DNA of 64,000 nt, taken from the NCBI GenBank assembly GCA_029961045.1, contig JASBVN010000036.1:6079-70078 (forward strand). The letters are read 5' to 3'. Position numbers and translations under genes: made by a program. The notes below the pieces were generated by a model that searched no databases, was not told where the DNA came from, and saw only the letters and a program-made list of their open reading frames with translations. Numbering within the stretch: the first letter of the stretch is position 1; every line of letters begins with the position of its first letter. Positions 27,283-36,846 of this stretch are shown here, one piece after another. Source of the DNA: Alicyclobacillaceae bacterium. Its GTDB lineage: Bacteria > Bacillota > Bacilli > Kyrpidiales > Kyrpidiaceae.

Positions 27283-28410
27283 TCAGGGCGCCGCTGTTCG
27301 CAGCGCCCCGCCCGTCACCACCTTTTTCCAAGTCGCGACGTCGTGCACATCGACGAAGGCGTCGATATAGGGCAAGGCCGCCGACATCCCCGTCGACTTC
27401 GGCTCATATCCCGGTTCGCCGAGCAGGGGATTGATCCACACCACCCGCCCGACACGGGAGGCCAAATCGCGCATGGCCGAATGCAAACGCTGCGGATGAC
27501 CGGCGTCGAATCCATCCGACACGATGATGACGCACGTACGCCGGTGCAGGAGACTGGGATACCGGCGAAGCAACTGCTCCAGCGCGCCGCCGATCCTCGT
27601 GCCGCCCCGCAATCCCGGCAAATCGGAAAAGGGGATGCCCGCCACCCCTTTCCGCGCGATGAGGGACGTCACCCGCAACAGGCGGGTGGAAAAGAGAAAA
27701 ATTTGTGTGCGCGCCCGGGCGCGCGTGAACGACCAGGCGAGGGAAGTGATAAAAGGCGCATACGGCTTCATGGATCCGGAAATATCGATCATCAGGACAA
27801 TTCGCGGTTTGTCGGGACGGCGTTTGCGCATTTTGAGGACAAAGGGCTCCCCCGCACGGCGCAAGGCGCACCGCATGGTTTGGCGAAGATCGATTTTCTC
27901 CTTGCCCCGTAACCGCCACTTGCGGCCGCGCGGCGCATTCATCCTGCGAACGGCCAACCGGGTCAGCTGAACCACGTCCTTCAACACCCGCTCATCCGCC
28001 CGCAACGCAAACCGTTCGCCGTCGTCGGGATGATAACCGGCCAGAAACCCCTGCACAACATCCACCGGCGGACGCGACGCCCTTTCACCGGCACCGGCAC
28101 CGCCGGCCAACTCATCCGGTTGCAGGCGGCGCTTTTCCTCCAGGCGCACCTCCCGACCGAAAAAATATTGTTCAAACAAATTCGGAAAAATTCCCCATTC
28201 CGCCGGCGTCCGCGCATAAATGGCCCGGAACGCGCTACAGACCTCCTCCATGCAGTCCACGTTCAATTCGGCCAAGGCGGCAATCGCCGTCAACGTTTCG
28301 GGTATTCCCGCACGAAATCCGCGCTTTCGCAGCCAAGGCGCAAAGCCGATCACTTGCTTCACGATGTCGCCCGTCAAGCGGCCGAGCACTTCAGCCGTCA
28401 GGCGCTCCAT
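27283..28410 (-). CDS. coxE: VWA-domain CoxE-like protein
   Basis: MIDAS motif VLMIDISGSM, with the CoxE-like length and position after coxD. Confidence 0.8.
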   Translation of the reverse strand: MERLTAEVLGRLTGDIVKQVIGFAPWLRKRGFRAGIPETLTAIAALAELNVDCMEEVCSAFRAIYARTPAEWGIFPNLFEQYFFGREVRLEEKRRLQPDELAGGAGAGERASRPPVDVVQGFLAGYHPDDGERFALRADERVLKDVVQLTRLAVRRMNAPRGRKWRLRGKEKIDLRQTMRCALRRAGEPFVLKMRKRRPDKPRIVLMIDISGSMKPYAPFITSLAWSFTRARARTQIFLFSTRLLRVTSLIARKGVAGIPFSDLPGLRGGTRIGGALEQLLRRYPSLLHRRTCVIIVSDGFDAGHPQRLHSAMRDLASRVGRVVWINPLLGEPGYEPKSTGMSAALPYIDAFVDVHDVATWKKVVTGGALRTAAP

Positions 28411-29258
28411 AGCACATCGAGTCCCTTCTCTCGCAAGACGTCCATGTCTTCCTGAGTCTTCAACAAACATCCGAGGGTCAGCCGTATCACATCTTCATCC
28501 AATTCCTCCGCCCCCAGTTCCGTCAAGGCCTGGGCAAAATCGATGGATTCGGCCAATCCCGGGGGCTTGAGCAGCGACAACTTGCGCAGGCGCCGCACGC
28601 CGCGCGCCACTTGCTTGGCCAGTTGGGGGGCAATCTCCGGGACGTGCAAGGAGATGATGTCCGCTTCTTGTTCCAGCGACGGGTAATCGACCCAAACGTA
28701 CAGACAACGGCGGCGCAAAGCGTCCGACAAATCGCGCGTGCGATTGGACGTCAAGATCACAATGGGCGGCTCGTCGGCGCGAAATGTCCCCATCTCGGGA
28801 ATGGTAATTTGAAATTCCGACAGAAATTCTAACAACAACGCCTCAAATTCCTCGTCGGCGCGGTCCACTTCGTCGATCAACAGGACGGGCGCCGGCCTCT
28901 CCCTCAGTGCCCGCAAAAGCGGCCGTTCGATCAGAAACGGCTCACTGTAAAGCGCCGCCTGGTTCACGGCGCCATCGGCCAATGCCGTGCGCGCCATCAG
29001 CAACTGTTTGGGGTAATCCCAATCGTACAGCGCCTGACTCGCGTCCAACCCTTCATAGCACTGCAAGCGGACCAGGTTCACGGAACGAACGGTGGCGAGG
29101 GCTTTAGCCAGTGCCGTTTTTCCCACACCTGCAGGGCCTTCCAACAACAACGGACGGGCCAGCCGCTGCGCTAAGTACAATACAGTGGCCAGCCCTTCCT
29201 CCGCCACATAGTGGGCACGGCGCAATTCCTCCTGCAGTCGGCGCACCTGTTCGTTCAT
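28398..29258 (-). CDS. coxD: MoxR-type AAA+ ATPase CoxD
   Basis: Walker A LLEGPAGVGKT and Walker B VLLIDEVDRA. The ATG at 29258 follows GGAGGAGGAA. Confidence 0.85.
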   Translation of the reverse strand: MNEQVRRLQEELRRAHYVAEEGLATVLYLAQRLARPLLLEGPAGVGKTALAKALATVRSVNLVRLQCYEGLDASQALYDWDYPKQLLMARTALADGAVNQAALYSEPFLIERPLLRALRERPAPVLLIDEVDRADEEFEALLLEFLSEFQITIPEMGTFRADEPPIVILTSNRTRDLSDALRRRCLYVWVDYPSLEQEADIISLHVPEIAPQLAKQVARGVRRLRKLSLLKPPGLAESIDFAQALTELGAEELDEDVIRLTLGCLLKTQEDMDVLREKGLDVLWSA

Positions 29259-29283
29259 CCGTTCCTCCTCCACTTCGGTCCGT

Positions 29284-29778
29284 TCAACCTTCGTCCGACG
29301 CCGCTTTCTCCGCTACCGCGGCCCTCGTTTCCTTCGACAGGACATTCAGCGCATTCTTCAGATTGGTGAAGACCTTTTCTGTAATTTTCCGCGCCTCTCC
29401 ATCGATCAAACGTCCTCCGAGACTGGCGATCGGCCCGCTGACCACCGCGTCGCACCGCCATTTCATGTGGGTTCCGCCATCCACGTCGCTGAGCGACATT
29501 TCGGCCTTCATATCGACCCCGCTGCCCATTCCGCCGCCGCGAATCGCCAGTGAAGCCGCCGCCCCCGGTTCCGTCACGGTTAATTCGCAGGTGAGATCAA
29601 ACTTGCCGCGCACGGGTCCCACGCCGACCCTCACCAAAGTGCGAAAACGATTTTCACTCTCCACGTTCAATTCGATTAAATCGGGAATGCACGTGCCCAT
29701 TTTATGAGGATCCGTGACAAACGCCCAAACGGTCTCCCTCGGCCGATCAATTGTAAATTCTCCCTCGTATGTCCGCAT
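29284..29778 (-). CDS. coxG: SRPBCC-fold CoxG protein
   Basis: MRTYEGEFTIDRPRETVWAFVTDPHKMGTCIPD... is a typical CoxG N-terminus. GAGAGGAGG RBS. Confidence 0.8.
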   Translation of the reverse strand: MRTYEGEFTIDRPRETVWAFVTDPHKMGTCIPDLIELNVESENRFRTLVRVGVGPVRGKFDLTCELTVTEPGAAASLAIRGGGMGSGVDMKAEMSLSDVDGGTHMKWRCDAVVSGPIASLGGRLIDGEARKITEKVFTNLKNALNVLSKETRAAVAEKAASDEG

Positions 29779-29849
29779 CGCGGTGCCTCCTCTCTTGTTC
29801 TGACCAGGTCCTTATAGGGCCGTCTTCAGCCCCGGCATTCGGCGTTTCC

Positions 29850-30863
29850 TCACGCATGACTGTGCACATACTTTTCCGGATCGCGCGCAAAGCGATCCCG
29901 GCAGCCGGAGCAGCAAAAGCCGTAGGTCGTTCCGTCCCATTCAAGACGGTAGGGAGACGTCGCCAAGTCTACCGTCATCCCGCAGACCGGATCGACGACT
30001 TGCCTGCGCACCTCCCCACCTCCGTCATGGACCGGCAATTCCAACGAGCCCGAGGTTTTCTCCGGCGGTCGCCCCTCCCAGCGCGCACGCCCATTCCGGC
30101 GCCGGCGTTCCACGAGCTGCGCCAGAATACTGAGAGCGATCTCTTGCGGCCCCACGGCGCCGATATCAAACCCCGCGGGCGCGGTGATGAATTCGATCAA
30201 TTCCCTCGGCGCACCCGCCTCCGCCAGCCCGGTGCGCACCGTCGCCCAGCGCTTCGGACTGGCGACCAATCCGAGATACCGCAGCGGCAAATCGGCGAGC
30301 GCCATCAATCCCTCGACATCGTACAGGCCCATCGTGGCCACCACGCCGTACATCCCCGTCTTGGCGCGGACGGACAGTTGGCGGCGCAGCCTCGTCAGCG
30401 GATCATCCGCACTCCTTCCGGGCCCCGCTTCTTCCAGCGAGATCCGGTGCGGCGCAAACGACAACCGGGGCGCCAATTCTTCCAGCGCGCGCGCAATCGG
30501 GGAATGCCCCACAATGATCAACAGGGGATCCACATTTCTGGGCTCCAGGAACAGTTCCACCGTTCCCTCGGAGGAGCAGGTCATCGGCAGGACCGTCACA
30601 CCTTCTTCCACGTCGGCAGGCGGCTGCGGCGTCACCAGCACGAGTTTGCTTTCGCCGGTGTTCAGGCAGTCCTGCGCTTGGCCGATGACCAGTTCCCGCG
30701 TACAGTGGCCTCCGACAAACCCTTCCATCTCGCCGTCCGCCGTGACAATCGCTTTATCGCCTACCGCCGCCGAACTCGGCCGCACGCGGCGAACCACCGT
30801 CACCATCACATACGGTTCCGCCCGTTCGTCCAATTTCCGCACCGTTTCCCAGAAATGATTCAT
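29850..30863 (-). CDS. XdhC/CoxF-like maturation protein fused to a C-terminal YHS (TRASH-like) metal-binding domain
   Basis: XdhC N and Rossmann-like parts (VMVTVVRRVRPSS..., LLIIVGHSPIARAL). The C-terminus DPVCGMTVDLATSPYRLEWDGTTYGFCCSGCRDRFARDPEKYV is a YHS pattern. The start is uncertain because the RBS is weak. Confidence 0.8.
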   Translation of the reverse strand: MNHFWETVRKLDERAEPYVMVTVVRRVRPSSAAVGDKAIVTADGEMEGFVGGHCTRELVIGQAQDCLNTGESKLVLVTPQPPADVEEGVTVLPMTCSSEGTVELFLEPRNVDPLLIIVGHSPIARALEELAPRLSFAPHRISLEEAGPGRSADDPLTRLRRQLSVRAKTGMYGVVATMGLYDVEGLMALADLPLRYLGLVASPKRWATVRTGLAEAGAPRELIEFITAPAGFDIGAVGPQEIALSILAQLVERRRRNGRARWEGRPPEKTSGSLELPVHDGGGEVRRQVVDPVCGMTVDLATSPYRLEWDGTTYGFCCSGCRDRFARDPEKYVHSHA

Positions 30864-30872
30864 CCTTTCGAC

Positions 30873-30893
30873 CCGGCGGCCTAAGGCCGCCGG
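30873..30893 (-). other. intercistronic perfect hairpin between coxL and the coxF-like gene
   Basis: CCGGCGGCC-TAA-GGCCGCCGG is a 9-bp perfect stem. Confidence 0.4.
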
Positions 30894-30929
30894 ATCTTCC
30901 CCTCCTCCATCCAACCTGGCGATCCGAGT

Positions 30930-33281
30930 TCATTCTTCAATCCCGTGCTCCCTCAAAATGCTCCACACCTTCCACGGATAAATCGGCATGTCGATGTGCT
31001 CCACGCCCAGGGGAGACAGGGCATCCACCACCGCATTGACAAACGCCGCGGGAGAACCGACATTCGGCGACTCGCCCACCCCTTTCGCGCCGATCGGATG
31101 GTGCGGAGACGGCGTCACCGTCCGGTCCGTTTCCCATTTCGGGGTGTCGAGGGAAGTGGGAACCAGATAGTCCATCCAGTTCGGCGCGAGACAGTTGCCG
31201 TCCGCGTCATACGGAATGTCTTGCATGAACGCGATCGCAAACCCCTCTGTGAGCCCCCCGTGCACTTGTCCTTCGACGATCATGGGATTGATCACATTGC
31301 CGCAATCATCGACGGCCAAGAAACGCCGCACCTTGACGGCCCCCGTGCCCTTGTCGATATCGACCACCGCGATGTAAGCACCGTTTGGAAAGGTGAGGTT
31401 TGGAGGATTGTAGTAGTACGTCGCTTCCAAACCCGGTTCCATACCTTCTGGCACATTCGTATATGCGGCAAGGGCCACATCTTTCATCGTGACCGACCGG
31501 CCGGGCAGCCCCTTCGCGGAAAAGGAAGTGCCGTCCCACACCACATCGTCTTCGCCGACTTCCAACAAATGAGCGGCGATTTTGCGCGCCTTTTCGCGAA
31601 TCCTGCGCCCGCAGAGGGCCGCCGCCGCGCCGGCCGTCGGCGTGGAACGGCTGCCGTACGTGCCCAACCCGTAGGGAGCCGTGTCGGTATCGCCTTCTTC
31701 GATCAACACGTCATCCGCGCTGAGTCCCAGCTCTTCCGCGATAATTTGAGCGAAGGTCGTTTCGTGTCCCTGCCCCTGATGCCGCACGCCGAGCCGCGCG
31801 ATCACTTTGCCGGTCGGATGGACGCGGATCTCCGCGCTGTCGAACATCTTGATGCCGAGGATGTCGAAGCTGTGGGCCGGACCGGCTCCGACAATTTCGG
31901 TGAAAGTCGAAATGCCGATTCCCATGAATTCTCCCCGGGCCCGCTTTTCCGCCTGCTCTTTGCGCAATTCATCGTACCCGATGCGTTCCAGCGCGAGCTT
32001 CAGCGTTTTTTCGTAATCTCCGCTGTCGTAGACCCATCCGGTCGGGCAGCGATACGGGAACTGCTCCTTCCGAATGAAATTGCGCAGGCGCAATTCGGCC
32101 GGGTCCATCTGCAACCGGCGGGCCAATATGTCCACCACTCGTTCGATCAGGTACGAGGCTTCCGTGACGCGGAAAGAACAGCGGTATGCCACACCGCCCG
32201 GGGGCTTATTCGTATGGACGCCGTCCACCTCGACGAAGGCCGCTTTGAAATCATACGATCCTGTCACAATGCTGAACAGCCCCGCAGGGTATTTGGTCGG
32301 ATTGGCTGTGGCATCAAACGCCCCGTGGTCGGCGATCGTCTTCACGCGGAGCGCCAGCATCTTGCCGTCCTCCGTCGCCGCAATCTCCGCGGTCATGTGG
32401 TAATCGCGGGCGAAATGGGTGCTGGCGATGTTTTCCGTCCGCGTCTCAATCCACTTCACAGGCACTCCCAACTTCATGGAAGCGACAATCGCGCACACGT
32501 AACCGGGATAGATGGGGACTTTGTTGCCGAACCCACCGCCCACATCGGGGGAAATGACGTGAATCTGATGTTCGGGGAACCCCGTCACCATCGCGATCGC
32601 CGTCCGGTGGACGTGGGGCGCCTGGGAAGTGACATAAAAAGTCAACCTGCCCGTCGCGGAATTGTAGTCGGCCACGCACCCGCACGGTTCGAGCGGCGAA
32701 GGATGGACGCGCTGGAAGCGCACATCTTGTTTGACGACAACCGGCGCGTCGCGGAAAATCGCTTCGGTTTCCTCGCGGTCTCCCGCCTCCCAATGCCAGA
32801 TGTGATTCGATTTTTTCTCCTTGTCTTCGCGGAGAATGGGAGCGTCCGGCTCGAGGGCCTTGAACGGGTCCACCACAGCCGGCAAGGGTTCATAATCGAC
32901 TTCAATCAATTGAATCGCGTCCTCTGCCTGTGCGCGCGTCTCTGCGACAACCGCAGCGACCTCTTGGTATTGAAACAAGACTTTGCCCGTGGCCAACACC
33001 ATCTGCTGGTCTCCCGCCAGGGTCGGCATCCAGGCGAGGTTCATCTTGGCCAAATCCTCTCCCGTCATCACCAGCTTGACCCCCGGTGCGGCCTGGGCAG
33101 CGGACGTATCGATGCGGCGAATGCGCGCGTGCGCATACGGACTCCGCAAGATGCAGAGATAGAGCATATTCGGCAACATAATGTCGTCCACATACCGGCC
33201 TTTTCCACGGATCAGCCGCGGATCTTCCTTGCGGAGAATCGATTTACCCATCGGTCGCAATTCAGTCTGCGGCAGTGCCAC
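30930..33281 (-). CDS. coxL: aerobic carbon monoxide dehydrogenase large (Mo-Cu) subunit, form I
   Basis: The form-I active-site signature VAYRCSFR is present ([16 protein letters not shown]), plus [20 protein letters not shown] and [14 protein letters not shown] at 33281 lies 6 nt after GGGGAGGTGG; an alternative ATG lies at 33251. Confidence 0.9.
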   Translation of the reverse strand: MALPQTELRPMGKSILRKEDPRLIRGKGRYVDDIMLPNMLYLCILRSPYAHARIRRIDTSAAQAAPGVKLVMTGEDLAKMNLAWMPTLAGDQQMVLATGKVLFQYQEVAAVVAETRAQAEDAIQLIEVDYEPLPAVVDPFKALEPDAPILREDKEKKSNHIWHWEAGDREETEAIFRDAPVVVKQDVRFQRVHPSPLEPCGCVADYNSATGRLTFYVTSQAPHVHRTAIAMVTGFPEHQIHVISPDVGGGFGNKVPIYPGYVCAIVASMKLGVPVKWIETRTENIASTHFARDYHMTAEIAATEDGKMLALRVKTIADHGAFDATANPTKYPAGLFSIVTGSYDFKAAFVEVDGVHTNKPPGGVAYRCSFRVTEASYLIERVVDILARRLQMDPAELRLRNFIRKEQFPYRCPTGWVYDSGDYEKTLKLALERIGYDELRKEQAEKRARGEFMGIGISTFTEIVGAGPAHSFDILGIKMFDSAEIRVHPTGKVIARLGVRHQGQGHETTFAQIIAEELGLSADDVLIEEGDTDTAPYGLGTYGSRSTPTAGAAAALCGRRIREKARKIAAHLLEVGEDDVVWDGTSFSAKGLPGRSVTMKDVALAAYTNVPEGMEPGLEATYYYNPPNLTFPNGAYIAVVDIDKGTGAVKVRRFLAVDDCGNVINPMIVEGQVHGGLTEGFAIAFMQDIPYDADGNCLAPNWMDYLVPTSLDTPKWETDRTVTPSPHHPIGAKGVGESPNVGSPAAFVNAVVDALSPLGVEHIDMPIYPWKVWSILREHGIEE

Positions 33282-33777
33282 TGGTAGCCACCTCCCCCAT
33301 TGCTTTCCCGGTTTCACCCGCCATTTTGCGAGCAGCCGATTGAACGGCCTTGACGATATTCATATATCCCGTGCAACGGCAGACGTTTCCGGAAAGTCCC
33401 TCGCGAATCTCCTCCTCCGTCGGCATCGGATTGTCCTGCAACAAGGCGTAGGAAGCCATGAGCATGCCGGGTGTGCAATAACCGCAATGGAGCGCGTGCT
33501 CTTCCCAAAACGCGCTCTGCAACGGGTGCAGTTCACCGTCCTTTTCCAGCCCTTCAACGGTCAACACTTCGCAACCATCGGCTTGCACCGCCAGTACGGT
33601 GCACGACTTGACCGCTTTCCCGTCCAACAGCACCGTGCAGGCGCCGCAACTGGTGGTATCACAGCCAATGTGCGTGCCCGTCAGTTTCAGTTCTTCGCGC
33701 AGAAAGTAGGCCAGCAACGTGCGCGGTTCCACATCCGCTTCGTACAGAGTCCCGTTGACTTTGACCCGGATCTTCAT
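33262..33777 (-). CDS. coxS: CO dehydrogenase small [2Fe-2S] subunit
   Basis: [11 protein letters not shown] and CGYCTPGM ... CRCTGY cysteine clusters. ATGA overlap with the coxM stop. Confidence 0.92.
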   Translation of the reverse strand: MKIRVKVNGTLYEADVEPRTLLAYFLREELKLTGTHIGCDTTSCGACTVLLDGKAVKSCTVLAVQADGCEVLTVEGLEKDGELHPLQSAFWEEHALHCGYCTPGMLMASYALLQDNPMPTEEEIREGLSGNVCRCTGYMNIVKAVQSAARKMAGETGKAMGEVATSGTAAD

Positions 33778-34658
33778 TGGACCCCCACCTTTCCGTGCAA
33801 CTCTTCCGCGATTTCGCGAAGTGCGCGGGCGGCAAATACGCGCAACAGATCGCGCTTATAGGCCGCGCTGCCCCGCAGGTCATCGGCGGGTTCGGCGTCT
33901 TCCGGCACCAACCTCGACGCGTTTGCGATCGTTTCCTCCGTCAGGGGTTGTCCGATGAGAGCTTTCTCCGCCCTGGCCGCTCGCAGCGGAATCGGACCGC
34001 AGGCGCAAATGCCGATCCCCGCATCGGATACGCGGCCGTCGCTCCCGAGCGCAATGTGTACAGCCAGCCCGGCAATGGCGAAATCGCCCGCCTTGCGTTC
34101 CAGTTTCATATAACGGGAAGCAGCCGGTCCGGTTGGAGACGGGAGATGCAGCGCCACGACGAGTTCATCTTCGTTCAGCGAAGTCGCAAAGGTGTCCACA
34201 AAGAAATCGTCAATGGGAATGAGCCGGTTTCCGTGCGGCCCACGCGCTTCCACCTCGGCCCTGAGCGCAATCATCGCCGTCCCCCAATCCGAAGCGGGAT
34301 CGGCGTGAACGAGCGAGCCGCCGATGGTCCCGCGGTTGCGGATCAATGGGTCGGCAATCCACCGGGCCGTGCGGGAGAGCAACGGAAAACTGTCGAAAAG
34401 TTCCGTTGCATGTTCCAATTCGGAGTGGCGCGTCATCGCCCCAATCCGCAATTTCCCGTCGACCCGGCGCCAGCCTTTGAGATCATCGATGCGGTTAATG
34501 TCGATGAGCACGGCCGGGGCTGCGATGCGTAATTTCATCATCGGCAGCAAGCTTTGGCCGCCCGCCAACACTTTGCCGTCGTAACCGTACTCGGTCATGA
34601 GGCGGATGGCCTCGTCGACCGACTCCGGGGCTTCGTACTTGAACGCATTGGGAAACAC
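33774..34658 (-). CDS. coxM: CO dehydrogenase medium FAD-binding subunit
   Basis: [31 protein letters not shown] and [16 protein letters not shown] at 34658 lies 7 nt after AAAGGAGG. Confidence 0.88.
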   Translation of the reverse strand: MFPNAFKYEAPESVDEAIRLMTEYGYDGKVLAGGQSLLPMMKLRIAAPAVLIDINRIDDLKGWRRVDGKLRIGAMTRHSELEHATELFDSFPLLSRTARWIADPLIRNRGTIGGSLVHADPASDWGTAMIALRAEVEARGPHGNRLIPIDDFFVDTFATSLNEDELVVALHLPSPTGPAASRYMKLERKAGDFAIAGLAVHIALGSDGRVSDAGIGICACGPIPLRAARAEKALIGQPLTEETIANASRLVPEDAEPADDLRGSAAYKRDLLRVFAARALREIAEELHGKVGVQ

Positions 34659-34798
34659 CGCGAAACCTCCTTTGTCTACCAGAGTGAGGTTGCAAGAGGT
34701 TACAAGAGGACGGGTGGCGCACTGCAATGCGAAGAATTTCCGGCTTTAAGGGCGATTTCAAGATGATAATGAAGGATATTTCTGCTTCCTGCGACCAT

Positions 34799-34857
34799 TA
34801 TATAATGTTAGAATTAATACGTAATACACCCGACCGGGTGTTTCTCAATACCTGATT
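34799..34857 (+). promoter_or_regulatory. conserved promoter/operator block, copy A (ATTATATAAT plus inverted repeat ACACCCG-AC-CGGGTGT)
   Basis: Matches the reverse complement of 26078-26136 at 47 of 59 positions. The palindromic -10 serves the kinase operon (+) and coxM (-). The inverted repeat is centred near -43 of the putative coxM promoter. Confidence 0.6.
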
Positions 34858-34910
34858 CGGTACGTGCGATCTCCTGCCGCCAAAGCCCTCGAAAGGACGG
34901 GAGACAGCGT

Positions 34911-36167
34911 ATGCGTGAACCCTCGGATCACGCTGAAGTCGCGCAGATTTTGTCCGAAGCCCTGGAGCGCCTACAGCCGTGGATGGAGGCGGGACTGGAA
35001 TCCCTCTTGCAAGCGGTCGTGGACTACGCGCGCAAATTGGTGCGCGCTTCGTTTGCCGGAATCATCATTTTCGAACCGGAGGACCCGTCCACATTCCGGT
35101 ACTTTAAGGTTTCCGGATGGCATTTGAAGCCCGCCGAATTTCCGAAAGGGCACGGGATGTACTTTGTGCCGGCGAAAACCGGACACTCGCTGCGGGTCGA
35201 ATCCATTTCCGGACACCCCCTGTCCGTCGGTGTGCCGCCAAACCACCCGCCCGTCGAAGCATTGCTGGCCATCCCCTTGCGGCACCACGGCAAGCCGATG
35301 GGTTGCCTGTTTTTCGGCAAACCGCCCAAGGCAGGGGCGTTTACCGAAAACGATGAAGACATCATGAACGGGTTTGCTTCGATGTGCGCCACCGCCATTG
35401 CCTGGTGCGACCAAAAAGATGAAAACCGCTTTCAGATCATGGCGGAAGAACGGCGGCGAATTGCGGAGGAATTGCACGATTCCCTGTCGCAAACGTTGTT
35501 CGCGGTGGCGCGCGAGATCGACCGTTTGGAACGAGCCCTGCCGACGGTCGAGGAGAAAGATGAGTGGCGGGCACGTGTCGCGCGCTTGCGCGAATTGACC
35601 GAGCAATGCCAGGCGGAACTGCGCGCCATCTTATTCCGCCTCATGAACGATGAGCCAACCCCCAAAGTGACGGCCTTGACCCATCTGGTACAAGAATTTG
35701 AACGAGTGAGCGGAATTTCCACACAACTGATCACAGAGGGGAACTTCGGCCGGTTGAGCTTGCCCGTCCGCCAAACGATTCTCAAGATCATCGCGGAATC
35801 CTTGACCAATATTTACCGCCACGCAAACAGCCCAACCGCCCTCGTCCACGTGCTGGTCGGTGCCAATCAGGTCACCGTGGCCGTACAGGATGCCGGGGTC
35901 GGCATTTCCGACGAGGCCCTTCACTTGATGAACCATCCGACCGGTCACTTTGGATTGCACTCGATGGCGCGGTCCGTCGCCGATCTCAAGGGAAAGTTGG
36001 AGATTTTTCGCAATGAGGACGGGGGAACCACCGTGCGCTGCACGTTTCCGGTTCACGGAGACTCGAATCCGGAACAAAACCGGAACGACAATCTCGACTC
36101 GATTCCGGTCGGCCCGAGCCCAGTCTACGGTCCGGCTGCCGATTCGCAAAGAGGGTGGAATCCTTGA
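34911..36167 (+). CDS. soluble GAF-domain sensor histidine kinase (HisKA_3 type)
   Basis: No TM segment by eye. GAF-like N-terminal half, H-box EERRRIAEELHDSLSQTL, then N, G1 and G2 boxes (LTNIYRHANS, VQDAGVGIS, GHFGLHSM). Confidence 0.85.
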   Translation: MREPSDHAEVAQILSEALERLQPWMEAGLESLLQAVVDYARKLVRASFAGIIIFEPEDPSTFRYFKVSGWHLKPAEFPKGHGMYFVPAKTGHSLRVESISGHPLSVGVPPNHPPVEALLAIPLRHHGKPMGCLFFGKPPKAGAFTENDEDIMNGFASMCATAIAWCDQKDENRFQIMAEERRRIAEELHDSLSQTLFAVAREIDRLERALPTVEEKDEWRARVARLRELTEQCQAELRAILFRLMNDEPTPKVTALTHLVQEFERVSGISTQLITEGNFGRLSLPVRQTILKIIAESLTNIYRHANSPTALVHVLVGANQVTVAVQDAGVGISDEALHLMNHPTGHFGLHSMARSVADLKGKLEIFRNEDGGTTVRCTFPVHGDSNPEQNRNDNLDSIPVGPSPVYGPAADSQRGWNP

Positions 36168-36796
36168 CGGAGCGCATTGTCGTCGTTGACGACCACGAAC
36201 TGGTTCAGATCGGGTTGCACACCCTCCTGACCGATCGCGGGTTGGAGGTGGTTGGGCAGGCCAGCACCGGATCGGAGGGACTTGAGCTCATCCAATCTTT
36301 GCAACCGGATCTCGCCCTGATCGACGTGCGCCTGCCGGATATGAGCGGGATCGAGCTGTGCCAGTCTGTGCGGAAAACCAACCCCCACATCCGCCTGGCC
36401 GTCCTCACCGCGGCAATGGATAAAAATGTCGTCCACGCTTGCCTTCAAACAGGGGTTCAGGGCTACCTGCTGAAGGATATGCCCGGGGAAGAGTTGTTCC
36501 GGTCGATTCGCAAGATTTTGGACGGCAAATCCGTGCTCGATCCGTCCGTGACGGAGTACGCTTTGCACTGGATCGAATCACACAGGGAGAGCGAACCGTG
36601 CAAAGATGCGCTCGGCCTTCGGGATGTGGAGATCCTGCGGCTGATGGCCCAAGGGCGGACCAATCAAGAAATCGGAAGGCACTTGCACTTGTCCGAAAAC
36701 ACCGTGAAAGTCATCGTGAATGAAATCTACCGTCGCCTCGGCGTCAGGAGCCGCGTGGAAGCCGTGATGGAGGCACACCGGCGCGGATTGCTATAA
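36164..36796 (+). CDS. NarL/LuxR-family response regulator
   Basis: Receiver domain (IVVVDDHELV ... LALIDVRLPDMSG) and HTH (LGLRDVEILRLMAQGRTNQEIGRHLHLSENTVKV). The TTG at 36164 overlaps the kinase stop (TTGA); an alternative GTG lies at 36155. Confidence 0.88.
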   Translation: MTERIVVVDDHELVQIGLHTLLTDRGLEVVGQASTGSEGLELIQSLQPDLALIDVRLPDMSGIELCQSVRKTNPHIRLAVLTAAMDKNVVHACLQTGVQGYLLKDMPGEELFRSIRKILDGKSVLDPSVTEYALHWIESHRESEPCKDALGLRDVEILRLMAQGRTNQEIGRHLHLSENTVKVIVNEIYRRLGVRSRVEAVMEAHRRGLL

Positions 36797-36802
36797 TAAC
36801 AC

Positions 36803-36826
36803 GGCCGCCGGATTTCTCCGGCGGCC
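36803..36826. terminator. hairpin between the convergent regulator and moaA genes
   Basis: GGCCGCCGGA-tttc-TCCGGCGGCC is a 10-bp perfect stem. The T-runs are poor. Confidence 0.5.
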
Positions 36827-36846
36827 ATTCATAGGAAAACTCTGCA

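Noticed and set aside
30945-33287. A 780-aa ORF on the plus strand opposite coxL. Similar long antisense ORFs lie at 146-1234(-), 10649-11884(+), 21191-22345(+), 54104-55612(+) and 60933-62402(+).
   Set aside because: These are shadow ORFs typical of GC-rich DNA. Their translations are Arg/Gly/Pro/His-rich with no recognisable motifs. The opposite strand in each case encodes a protein with clear family signatures.
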